This document shows, piece by piece, positions 47,107 through 55,629 of a DNA stretch of 55,769 nt. The notes under the pieces were generated by a model. The model was not told the origin of the DNA, did no database searches, and saw only the letters and a program-made list of their open reading frames with translations. The position numbers and the translations under genes were made by a program. The stretch's first letter is position 1, and each line of letters starts with the position of its first letter. This stretch comes from a bacterium (GTDB taxonomy: Bacteria; DUMJ01): positions 1-55,769 of the forward strand of contig JACIXS010000010.1 of NCBI GenBank assembly GCA_014360335.1. The letters are read 5' to 3'.

Positions 47107-48108
47107 GACTACTTTCAATATTCCGCTATCTTTCTTAGCTAATTCTTCAAATGCCTCTGGTCCCTCTTCAAGAGGGACTACTTTACTTAACATTTCTTCT
47201 ATATTTATCCTCTCTAGAAGGCTTACTGAATCTTTAAACTCTTCTATTGTAAAGGTATAAGTTCCAAGTATCCTTAACTCTCTAGTTACTATATTCTGCA
47301 TATCTATTATAATATTCTTCATAGAATTTCCAACAAATACACAAGTTCCCCTATTTTTAAGAATATTTAGAGCTTGGTTTACCGTCACCTCTAACCCGAC
47401 CGCCTCAAATGCTACACTTATACCATCTGGGATAGCTTGAGATATCAATGCTTTTATATCTTCTCTATCTGGATTCAAAGCAATATCTCCTCCAAGTCTT
47501 TTAGCTATCTCGAGGCGTCTATCGTTTATATCTGAAACTATAATGTTTCTTGCACCACCAAGTTTTACTATCTGAAGAATCAATAGCCCAATAGTTCCAG
47601 CTCCAACTATCAAAACATTCTGATTTAAAATATTCCCAGCTGTCTTTACTGCTCTATAAGCTACCGAGAGTGGCTCTAGGAATGTTCCTTTAATAAAGTC
47701 TACACTATCTGGTAGTTTCAGTATGTTCTCTTTAGGAACAGCCACATATTCAGCCATAGCACCATTTACGTTCATTACCCCAAAGACAGTTCTATTAGAG
47801 CAAAGATTCGTTAACCCAACCTTACAGAATTCACATCTGCCACAGAATCTTGCAGGATAGACAACTACTCTATCACCTATAGAGATATTCTCTACCTCTT
47901 CCCCTAAGGACTCGACTATACCAGTAAACTCGTGCCCCATAACCATTGGAGGGATTCTTCTACCAGTTATACCAAGGTATCCGTGGACATCAGAACCACA
48001 TATGCCACAGGCTTCTACTTTAACAAGGACTTCATTTCTACCAATCCTTGGTTTCTCTATGTTGGATACTCTTATATCCTTTGGACCATAATACACTAAT
48101 GCCTTCAT
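47095..48108 (-). CDS. Zinc-dependent medium-chain polyol dehydrogenase (sorbitol/L-iditol dehydrogenase-like)
   Basis: 337 aa. CGICGSDVH, GHEFTG, CGRCEFC, VGAGTIG. 12-nt convergent overlap with the aldolase gene. Confidence 0.85.
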   Translation of the reverse strand: MKALVYYGPKDIRVSNIEKPRIGRNEVLVKVEACGICGSDVHGYLGITGRRIPPMVMGHEFTGIVESLGEEVENISIGDRVVVYPARFCGRCEFCKVGLTNLCSNRTVFGVMNVNGAMAEYVAVPKENILKLPDSVDFIKGTFLEPLSVAYRAVKTAGNILNQNVLIVGAGTIGLLILQIVKLGGARNIIVSDINDRRLEIAKRLGGDIALNPDREDIKALISQAIPDGISVAFEAVGLEVTVNQALNILKNRGTCVFVGNSMKNIIIDMQNIVTRELRILGTYTFTIEEFKDSVSLLERINIEEMLSKVVPLEEGPEAFEELAKKDSGILKVVLRV

Positions 48109-48243
48109 TATTCTCCACCTACCTTATTCTTGATTAGTTCTCTAACATTTTAGCACAGCCTTTATCTATCTTACCACTAAAAGCTTATCGAGCGACTCTT
48201 TAATTTTTGCATCAGATGGGTAGCCGTATAATAAGGGAATTTT

Positions 48244-48272
48244 TTGACAAATTAAGTAAGAGATAATATAGT
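48244..48272 (+). promoter_or_regulatory. Promoter TTGACA-N17-TATAGT upstream of the UroD-like pair
   Basis: Consensus -35, 17-nt spacer, TATAGT. SD GGAGGA at 48297-48302. Confidence 0.7.
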
Positions 48273-48305
48273 TAAAACTAGTATGATTATATATCGGAGG
48301 ACTTT

Positions 48306-49391
48306 ATGACTTCTAGGGAAAGGTTTTTAAATCTCCTAGAATATAAGCCGGTAGATAGATGTATCTATGGGGTAGGAATGGGTGCTTGGCCCGAAACTAT
48401 CGAACGATGGAAGAGTGAGGGCTATGACCCTTCTAAAGAGCCTCTTTTTGATACTGATCGTTGGGTGTGGATAGGTCACTGGTTCTTCCCTAATCCACCA
48501 TTTGAAAAGAAGATAATTGCTGAGGATGATAGAACTGTTCTCTATATAAATCATGAAGGAATACTTATGAGAGAAAGAAAAGACAATCCAATGTCATCAA
48601 TGCCTCAATTTATTAGATTCCCTGTTGAGACTAGAGAAGACTTTCTTAAATTTATGAAGGAAAGGATGCAACCTGACCTCGCAAGCAGAATAGGAAGGGA
48701 TTATGTTGAAAAGTTACAAGGCTATAGAGATAGGGATTATCCATTAATAATTATTTCTGATAGGTGGGGAGGATTCTTTGGTCCATTGAGAAACCTAACT
48801 GGCATAGAAAGACTCTGTATGCTATTCTATGATGACCCTGCCTTTGTAGAAGAGATGATGGATGCTATAGCAGACTTTATAATAGCGATGATGGATCAGA
48901 TACTGAATTACACTGATATAGATATGTATGGTTTCTGGGAGGATATGGGTTATAAGACAGGACCATTAATCAGTCCAGATTTTGTTAGGAGGTATATGTT
49001 TCCTAGGTATAGAAGGGTGGTAGATTTCTTACATTCCCGTGGAGTAAAGTGGATCTCTCTAGATAGTGATGGAAATATAACATCCCTGATTCCTATATGG
49101 CTAGATGCAGGTATAAACTTTATATACCCATTTGAAGTTCAGGCAGGAATGGATGTAGTAAAAGTTAGGAAGACATTTGGAAAAGAGTTAAGGATGATGG
49201 GAGGAATAGATAAGAGAGCTATAGCTGAGGGACCAGAAGCGATAGAAAGAGAGCTTAGAAGAGTAGCTCCACTAGTAGAAGAAGGAGGATACATTCCCGC
49301 CCCAGACCATAGCCTTCCTCCCGATGTATCATTCAGTAACTATTGTTACTATATGAATAGATTAAAAGACTTAGTGGAAGGGAGAATATGA
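48306..49391 (+). CDS. Uroporphyrinogen decarboxylase (URO-D)/MtaA-CmuA-family protein, paralog 1
   Basis: 361 aa. TIM-barrel family pattern (FWEDMGYKTGPLISP..., LDSDGN, AGMD, GGID). Confidence 0.75.
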   Translation: MTSRERFLNLLEYKPVDRCIYGVGMGAWPETIERWKSEGYDPSKEPLFDTDRWVWIGHWFFPNPPFEKKIIAEDDRTVLYINHEGILMRERKDNPMSSMPQFIRFPVETREDFLKFMKERMQPDLASRIGRDYVEKLQGYRDRDYPLIIISDRWGGFFGPLRNLTGIERLCMLFYDDPAFVEEMMDAIADFIIAMMDQILNYTDIDMYGFWEDMGYKTGPLISPDFVRRYMFPRYRRVVDFLHSRGVKWISLDSDGNITSLIPIWLDAGINFIYPFEVQAGMDVVKVRKTFGKELRMMGGIDKRAIAEGPEAIERELRRVAPLVEEGGYIPAPDHSLPPDVSFSNYCYYMNRLKDLVEGRI

Positions 49392-49392
49392 G

Positions 49393-50442
49393 ATGACTAA
49401 GAGAGAAAGAGTAGAGAGGACTCTGGATCTACAGGAGACGGATAGGGTACCTGTTTATGACTTACTCTATAATGATGCAGTAATACAGTACTTTACAGGG
49501 AAAGTCCCGCCACTTGGTGAGGAAGGACTAAAAATAACCTGTGAAGCTATATCTAAGATGTTAGATATGACAAGAAGTGTTACTGGACCTTCAGAGCCTG
49601 GAATTTATAAAAGAGAAGATGGTTGCATTATTAGACGCGAAAGATGGACATCTTGGATAGAAGAGAGACCTTTCAAGGATGAAGAAGGGGCAAAGAAGTG
49701 GGTGATTGAGAGTATAGAGAGATTAAAAAAGACAGATATTGAAGAGATGGCAAAGAGGTATCTAGAATATTTCAAAAAAGTATTAAGCTATATAGGGGAC
49801 ACGGTAGTTTTACATGCACAAACAGGTACAGGACTTGATGAGTTAAGACATAGCTTGGGGATAGAATTATTTTCGTATCTTTCGGCTGATGAACCTGAGC
49901 TTATCTCTGAATACCTTGATGCATATACTGATCTACAGGTCAAATTTATACATAGGATAGCTAATAGAGAACTATCTCCTTGTGCCCTTACCTATGGAGA
50001 TATTGCATATAAGGAAAGGTTGTTACATTCTCCAGATTGGCTTAGAAGAGAGTTCTTTCCTAGACTAAAGAGACTAAATGATGCCTGGCATGAGCACGGG
50101 ATAAAATGTCTGTTTCATTCGGATGGATATATAATGGATGTAATACCAGACCTTATAGATACAGGAATTGATGGTCTAAACCCAATAGAGGCAGTGGCTG
50201 GAATGGACCTAAAAGAGGTAAAAAGACTCTATGGAGACAGACTTTTTATAGCTGGTGGAATAGATGTAAGTCAACTCCTCTCTAATGGAACACCAGAAGA
50301 GGTTAGAGAAGTCTGCGAAGAGGCGATTAAGATAGGATATCCAGGATATTTTATAGGTTCCACAACAGAGTTAGATAATGGTGCAAAGTTAGAAAATGTT
50401 TTGGCTATGGTGGAGACTGCCTGGAATATTACATTCGAGTAG
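49393..50442 (+). CDS. URO-D/MtaA-CmuA-family protein, paralog 2
   Basis: 349 aa. Same family pattern (FHSDGY, GLNPIEAVAGMD, GGID). Starts 1 nt after the paralog 1 stop. Confidence 0.75.
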   Translation: MTKRERVERTLDLQETDRVPVYDLLYNDAVIQYFTGKVPPLGEEGLKITCEAISKMLDMTRSVTGPSEPGIYKREDGCIIRRERWTSWIEERPFKDEEGAKKWVIESIERLKKTDIEEMAKRYLEYFKKVLSYIGDTVVLHAQTGTGLDELRHSLGIELFSYLSADEPELISEYLDAYTDLQVKFIHRIANRELSPCALTYGDIAYKERLLHSPDWLRREFFPRLKRLNDAWHEHGIKCLFHSDGYIMDVIPDLIDTGIDGLNPIEAVAGMDLKEVKRLYGDRLFIAGGIDVSQLLSNGTPEEVREVCEEAIKIGYPGYFIGSTTELDNGAKLENVLAMVETAWNITFE

Positions 50443-50472
50443 TTTTTATTCTTTAATTTACTGAAAAGAGTG

Positions 50473-50500
50473 TTGCATTACTTCAAATTGTTTATATAAT
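50473..50500 (+). promoter_or_regulatory. Internal promoter TTGCAT-N16-TATAAT upstream of the corrinoid protein gene
   Basis: Hexamers at 50473-50478 and 50495-50500. SD GGAGGTG at 50529-50535. Confidence 0.6.
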
Positions 50501-50540
50501 ATGATAGAATAGGTTAAAATACTTTTTGGAGGTGTAATAG

Positions 50541-51179
50541 ATGGTAAATTTACAAGAAATTTCGGAAGCTCTAATTGTTGGCAATGCCAAAAAAGTTAGA
50601 GAGCTTGTTGAGCAGGCGCTGAAGGAGGGAGTATCACCTAAGGAGATTCTAGATAAGGCATTAGTCCCTGGAATGAATGTGGTCGGTGAGAAGTTTAAGA
50701 ATAACGAATACTACGTCCCAGAAGTCCTTATAGCAGCAAGGGCTATGCATGCAGGTATGGACCTTATAAAGCCACTTTTAACCCAGACAGGTGCTTCTTA
50801 TGTTGGTAAGGTTGTTATAGGAACGGTAAGAGGAGACCTCCATGATATTGGTAAGAACCTGGTAGCTATGATGTTAGAGGGAGCTGGTTTTCAGATAATA
50901 GACCTTGGAGTGGATGTGCCTCCAGAGAAGTTTGTAGAAGTTGCCAAGAATGAAAATGTTGACATAGTAGCGATGTCTGCTCTATTAACTACCACAATGC
51001 TTGCTATGAGAGATACGATAAATGCCCTTAAAGAGGCAGGGATAAGAGATAAAGTTAAGGTTATGATAGGAGGAGCTCCAGTAACCCAGAGATATGCCGA
51101 TGAGATAGGTGCAGATGGATATGCACCAGATGCGGCTACTGCGGTAGAAAAAGCAAGAGAACTATTAGGCTTGAATTAA
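50541..51179 (+). CDS. Corrinoid (cobalamin-binding) methyl-carrier protein, MtaC/MtbC-like
   Basis: 212 aa. N-terminal helical cap, then GDLHDIGKNLV (DxHxxG), MSALLTTT (SxL), MIGGAPV (GG). Confidence 0.88.
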   Translation: MVNLQEISEALIVGNAKKVRELVEQALKEGVSPKEILDKALVPGMNVVGEKFKNNEYYVPEVLIAARAMHAGMDLIKPLLTQTGASYVGKVVIGTVRGDLHDIGKNLVAMMLEGAGFQIIDLGVDVPPEKFVEVAKNENVDIVAMSALLTTTMLAMRDTINALKEAGIRDKVKVMIGGAPVTQRYADEIGADGYAPDAATAVEKARELLGLN

Positions 51180-51197
51180 TGATTGATTTGATATTGT

Positions 51198-51240
51198 GAG
51201 TAGGGGAGTTTATATGGATTCCCCTACTCATTATTTTTTT
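51198..51240 (+). terminator. Rho-independent terminator after the corrinoid protein gene
   Basis: GAGTAGGGGA-loop-TCCCCTACTC followed by ATTATTTTTTT. Confidence 0.85.
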
Positions 51241-52736
51241 CATAGAGAAAATCTTGTCATTTCATGCATAAGTTCTTTTAGCTGTGCATAGGTTCTCTTA
51301 TACTTATCAAAGTAGAAATCGTAAATAGGCTTATTCCTTAGATTAGGTTCTACTATACTTTTTATCTTTACCATCTGACTTGCCCCTTCTTTTAGATCTT
51401 TGAAGTACCCTGCTCCAACCGCACCAGCTATAGCAGAACCAAGACATCCAGCCTCTTCGACCTCAGGTATATAGATAGGCACTCCACAGACATCAGCATT
51501 TATCTGAAGCCATAATTTACTTCTAGTTCCTCCACCACAAGCATAAATCTCTCCAATATTTACACCTTTCGAGGTGATAGCTTCTATAATATTTCTTGTT
51601 CCATAAGCGGTTCCTTCATATATAGCTCTGTGTATATGATAGGGGGTATGTTTTAGGCTTAAGCCCCAGATGATTCCTCTAGCTAGAGGGTCTCTAACGG
51701 GACTTCTATATCCTTGCCAGTATTCTAAGAGAACAAGTCCTTCAGATCCAGGAGGAATCTCACTAGCTTTACTGTCTAGTTCTTCATAAGATGCACTTGT
51801 AAACTGGTCAGTGAACCATTTAACGACAGAACCAGTAGATGTCTGACCTCCCTCGAGGACCCACTTACCCTTTATAAGAGCATCTGGATATGGACCCCAG
51901 ACTCCGGTGCCAAATACTGCATTATCAGTAATAACCATATGACAAGTAGAGGAACCCATAATCATACCCATCTTATTAGGGCTAGTGATATTTATCCCAA
52001 CCATTGCTAAGTACGCATCTATTCCTCCTTCTGCTACAGGAATATTAGGGGGCAAACCCAACTCTTCTGCTACAGAAGGCAAGAGATAGTCTGAGACTTC
52101 TCCAATGCTTAATATATCTTTGGGCCATTTCTCTAAAAGTTCTTCCATATCCAATTTTTTAAGTAGATTTCTAGGAAAGCCACCCAATACAGATACGTAG
52201 TTCCACTTACATGTGGCGTTACATAGTGAGATTGTCCATCTTCCCGTGAGCCTATACATAAGATAATCCGTTGATTCTACTATATACCTAGCTCTATTAT
52301 AGATTTCTGGTTCATTCCTCTTTAGCCACATAGCCTTTGGGATCATCCATTCGGCTGATTCATCATCTCCAGCGTATCTTAGAACCTCATCTTTTGTCAC
52401 TGTCACCTCTTGAGCTTCTTTGAATGCCCTTACATCCATCCATAGAAGGGCTTTTCTTAAGGGGTTGCCATTTTCATCTAGAGGGACTACAGTACAAGCA
52501 GTAGCATCCAAACTTATTCCTTTGACCAATTTAGAATCTACTCCTGAATCTTGTAGGACTTTTTTCACTGTAAATTTCAATGCACTCCACCAATCGTTAG
52601 GGTCTTGTTCTGCCCAACCAGATGAAGGATAATAGATTGGATAATCCTTTGTAGCAAAGGCTAATGGCTTTCCCGTTTCATCAAATATACCTGTTCTTAA
52701 ACTCTGAGTTCCACAGTCGATGCCTATAAAATACAT
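51240..52736 (-). CDS. FGGY-family carbohydrate kinase (pentulose/ribulokinase-like)
   Basis: 498 aa. FIGIDCGTQSLR, WAEQDPNDWW, GGGTRSKLWLQINADV motifs. Confidence 0.88.
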   Translation of the reverse strand: MYFIGIDCGTQSLRTGIFDETGKPLAFATKDYPIYYPSSGWAEQDPNDWWSALKFTVKKVLQDSGVDSKLVKGISLDATACTVVPLDENGNPLRKALLWMDVRAFKEAQEVTVTKDEVLRYAGDDESAEWMIPKAMWLKRNEPEIYNRARYIVESTDYLMYRLTGRWTISLCNATCKWNYVSVLGGFPRNLLKKLDMEELLEKWPKDILSIGEVSDYLLPSVAEELGLPPNIPVAEGGIDAYLAMVGINITSPNKMGMIMGSSTCHMVITDNAVFGTGVWGPYPDALIKGKWVLEGGQTSTGSVVKWFTDQFTSASYEELDSKASEIPPGSEGLVLLEYWQGYRSPVRDPLARGIIWGLSLKHTPYHIHRAIYEGTAYGTRNIIEAITSKGVNIGEIYACGGGTRSKLWLQINADVCGVPIYIPEVEEAGCLGSAIAGAVGAGYFKDLKEGASQMVKIKSIVEPNLRNKPIYDFYFDKYKRTYAQLKELMHEMTRFSL

Positions 52737-52773
52737 AGGAACCTCCTCCTAAAAGAGTTTTAATTTATAATGA

Positions 52774-52802
52774 ATTATAACACAACTTATATCTATTAAC
52801 AA
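52774..52802 (-). promoter_or_regulatory. Promoter TTGTTA-N17-(TGT)TATAAT for the FGGY kinase gene
   Basis: Reverse strand: -35 at 52802-52797, -10 at 52779-52774. Overlaps the palindrome TTATAAT-GA-ATTATAA (52765-52780). Confidence 0.55.
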
Positions 52803-52809
52803 AGACCTC

Positions 52810-52838
52810 TTGACATTTTCTAATTTTCAATGTAAAAT
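52810..52838 (+). promoter_or_regulatory. Promoter TTGACA-N17-TAAAAT for the LacI-family regulator gene
   Basis: Hexamers at 52810-52815 and 52833-52838. Confidence 0.6.
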
Positions 52839-52880
52839 TTGGATAGTTACATAGAAAATAATGCGATAAGGGGTAAATAG

Positions 52881-53885
52881 ATGACCGTTACCATAAAAGA
52901 GATAGCAGAAAGGTTAGGTGTTTCAACCGCTACTGTATCTAGGGCATTAAATAATACTGGTTATGTCAGCGAAGAGACGCGAAAGAAGATAATAGAAATT
53001 GCTGATGCACTAGGATATGAGAGATATAAAGAGAAAGAGGCTAGTAGGGTAAAGACCAATCTGGTAGGGGTAATCGTCTCTGACATAACAAATCCATTCT
53101 TTACCCAGATTGTTAGAGGTATTGAAGATGTCTTAAGCTCTTCTGGTTATAGTCTTTTGCTCTGTAATGCAGATGAGAATATAGATAAAGAGATTCATTA
53201 TCTTAAGGTGCTTCAGGATAAAAATGTTGATGGAATCATTCTTGTCCCGGCAGGTGGAGACCATAAAGGTATCAAGGATATAGTGAACAGAGGTATCCCA
53301 CTAGTACTAGTAGACAGATTGATAAACGGTTTGGATGTAGATGCAGTAATTATTGATAATGTAAGTGGTGCATATGAAGGTGTTTCGCATCTTATCTCTG
53401 AAGGTTACAGAAAAATTGGCATAATCATTGGTCCCCTAGAAGTAATGACAGCAAAGGAGAGACTTGAAGGATATAAAAAAGCACTTCAGGATAATGGGAT
53501 AGAGTTTAATGAAGACCTTGTGGAGTTTGGAGAGTATACCCAGGATGGTGGATATAGAGCTGCTAAAACCCTTATCAAAAAGGAAAAACCAGATGCCATA
53601 TTTGTGACGAACAATGTGATGACTACAGGGGCACTTCTTGCTATTAAAGAGCTTGGAATTAAAATCCCCAATGAGATAGGTATTGTTGGATTTGATGATT
53701 TAGAATGGGCTCCACTTATGAACCCTCCATTAACTACTATCTCTCAGCCCATATACTCAATTGGTTCAACATCTGCCCAGCTACTCTTACGAAGACTTGG
53801 GAGGAGTTCAAAGCTAAGAAAGGAGGTGGTAATCCTAAAGCCAAAGCTTATAATAAGAGAATCGAGTAAAAGGGGGAAGGGATGA
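52881..53885 (+). CDS. LacI-family transcriptional regulator
   Basis: 334 aa. HTH TIKEIAERLGVSTATVSRALNN plus a periplasmic-binding-protein-like sugar-binding core. Confidence 0.93.
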   Translation: MTVTIKEIAERLGVSTATVSRALNNTGYVSEETRKKIIEIADALGYERYKEKEASRVKTNLVGVIVSDITNPFFTQIVRGIEDVLSSSGYSLLLCNADENIDKEIHYLKVLQDKNVDGIILVPAGGDHKGIKDIVNRGIPLVLVDRLINGLDVDAVIIDNVSGAYEGVSHLISEGYRKIGIIIGPLEVMTAKERLEGYKKALQDNGIEFNEDLVEFGEYTQDGGYRAAKTLIKKEKPDAIFVTNNVMTTGALLAIKELGIKIPNEIGIVGFDDLEWAPLMNPPLTTISQPIYSIGSTSAQLLLRRLGRSSKLRKEVVILKPKLIIRESSKRGKG

Positions 53886-53948
53886 GGAAGAAGGAAGTTT
53901 AGAATTCCTTACTTAAGAATAAAAAACATTTTGAGGAGGTACCTTGTA

Positions 53949-55532
53949 ATGTTTACTAAGAATAAAAGATTTATATGTATTTTTGTGATTTTCTTGTTGT
54001 TAATGTTATTGATGAACGTTTCTTCTATTGCAGCTACTAAAAAATGGCAAGCATTACTCGATCCTAAGAAGCCAATCAGGCTTAAAGCAGCAATAATGTA
54101 TACTAATCTTCGTCCCAATATGGATACTTCGGATATTTGGAAGTACGTTAAAGAGAAGACTGGTATAGAATTTGAAGTTACTATTTTAAAGAATCAAGAT
54201 CAGGTCAATTTGATGTTTGCTAGTAGAGATTTTCCTGATGTAGCATTTAACATTGGAGCTCCTGTTAACCTTCTGATTGAAGCTGCTAAAGCTGGTGATC
54301 TGTTCTGTTTGGATGAGCTCTTACCTATTTATGCTCCAACATGGTATAACTTCTTCAGAGCTAAGGAAAACAATCTAGCTAACAAAGTTTCTTTAATTAA
54401 TGGGAAACGATATACTTTACCTTTTATAGACTTTGCTCCTTATGATAGAGATCTCCGCGATCAGTGGTTTATTAACAATACTTGGATAAAGGAATTAGGA
54501 CTTAAAATTCCTAAGACGACTAAAGAATTTAAAGAAGTATTACGTATATTTAAAAATAATGCTGGTAGAGGAAGTATTCCTAGAAACGTCCTTCCTTTCT
54601 ATTTTATATTTGATAATTGGGTAGGAGGACAATTTGATATATATGGTACTTTTGGTGTAATAGTAACCACAGGTGAGTATCTGGCTGTAGAAAAGGGTAA
54701 GGTAAGATATCAAGCTGTTAATCCGTCTATAAAAGAACCATTAAAATATCTTAGGGATCTATATGCTGAAGGGTTAATACTACCCGAAATCTTTACCGAT
54801 GATTTTAGTACCTATTTAGCAAAGACAAATGCTAATCCTCCTATGGTAGGTTCATATTTTTCTTATGAGAATCGTAATTTATCAGCTTTTGTAGCTATAC
54901 CACCCTTAATGTCCCCTACAGGCAGGAAGCCATTTATGAGGCGTCAGACGTATATACCCAATCCGCCTCATGCCTTTATGATATTCTCTAAGAATCCTTA
55001 TCCTGAAGCTACATTAGCTTTTGCTGAATGGGTAATCTCAGATTTAGAAAATATGATGACATTTTCACGTGGAATTAAGGGTATAGTCTGGGACTTTACT
55101 AAAGATGGTAAGGTAATAGATATCTTTTGGGAAGAGTCGCCTGATAAGATGGCTAAATATTCTAAGCAGTTAGGATTATGGAATAGTGCCTTTGCTCTAA
55201 GAGATAGGAGATTTCATTCGAAGCTATATTACAATAAGTTTAAGGAAATAGAAGGAACTCGTGCTTGGAATTTTGAACGTATTTATAAGAATAATGTATT
55301 CCCTAGAGAGTTTAGTTATGTTGGAGGAATTTTATCAAAAGAAGAAACAGAACTTATGAATCAGATAGGTACAGATCTTACTAACTTACGTAAAGTTACA
55401 TTTGCAAAGTGGATCTCTGGTAAAGGAGATATAGATAAGGAATGGGATGATTTTGTAGCTAATTGTAAGAAGTTAGGTTTGGATAAGTGGCTTGAATTAA
55501 AGCAAAAAGCTTATGATATGGTAATGAAATAA
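53949..55532 (+). CDS. Extracellular solute-binding protein of a carbohydrate ABC importer (large LipO/YtcQ-like type)
   Basis: Start at ATG 53949 after SD GAGGAGGT. Signal-anchor FICIFVIFLLLMLLMNVSSIAA. About 525 aa, typical of large family-1 SBPs. Confidence 0.8.
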   Translation: MFTKNKRFICIFVIFLLLMLLMNVSSIAATKKWQALLDPKKPIRLKAAIMYTNLRPNMDTSDIWKYVKEKTGIEFEVTILKNQDQVNLMFASRDFPDVAFNIGAPVNLLIEAAKAGDLFCLDELLPIYAPTWYNFFRAKENNLANKVSLINGKRYTLPFIDFAPYDRDLRDQWFINNTWIKELGLKIPKTTKEFKEVLRIFKNNAGRGSIPRNVLPFYFIFDNWVGGQFDIYGTFGVIVTTGEYLAVEKGKVRYQAVNPSIKEPLKYLRDLYAEGLILPEIFTDDFSTYLAKTNANPPMVGSYFSYENRNLSAFVAIPPLMSPTGRKPFMRRQTYIPNPPHAFMIFSKNPYPEATLAFAEWVISDLENMMTFSRGIKGIVWDFTKDGKVIDIFWEESPDKMAKYSKQLGLWNSAFALRDRRFHSKLYYNKFKEIEGTRAWNFERIYKNNVFPREFSYVGGILSKEETELMNQIGTDLTNLRKVTFAKWISGKGDIDKEWDDFVANCKKLGLDKWLELKQKAYDMVMK

Positions 55533-55542
55533 TAAATTTCTT

Positions 55543-55607
55543 TAAGATAAAAGGGGTATTAGGAGTAAGAAAAGTCTTTTTATCTTACTCTTGGTACCCT
55601 TATCTTA
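55543..55607 (+). other. Nested hairpin in the SBP-permease intergenic region (no U-tract)
   Basis: Outer arms TAAGATAAAAGGGGTA / TACCCTTATCTTA. Inner arms GAGTAAGA / TCTTACTC. Confidence 0.5.
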
Positions 55608-55629
55608 TAAAAGATGAAGGGAGCATGGT

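Noticed and set aside
50443-50540. A cobalamin riboswitch upstream of the corrinoid protein gene. I also looked for a T-box or L20 leader upstream of infC (24790-24858).
   Set aside because: The regions are too short (98 and about 70 nt) and are occupied by promoter and SD elements. No B12-box-like or T-box/L20-mimic sequence is visible.
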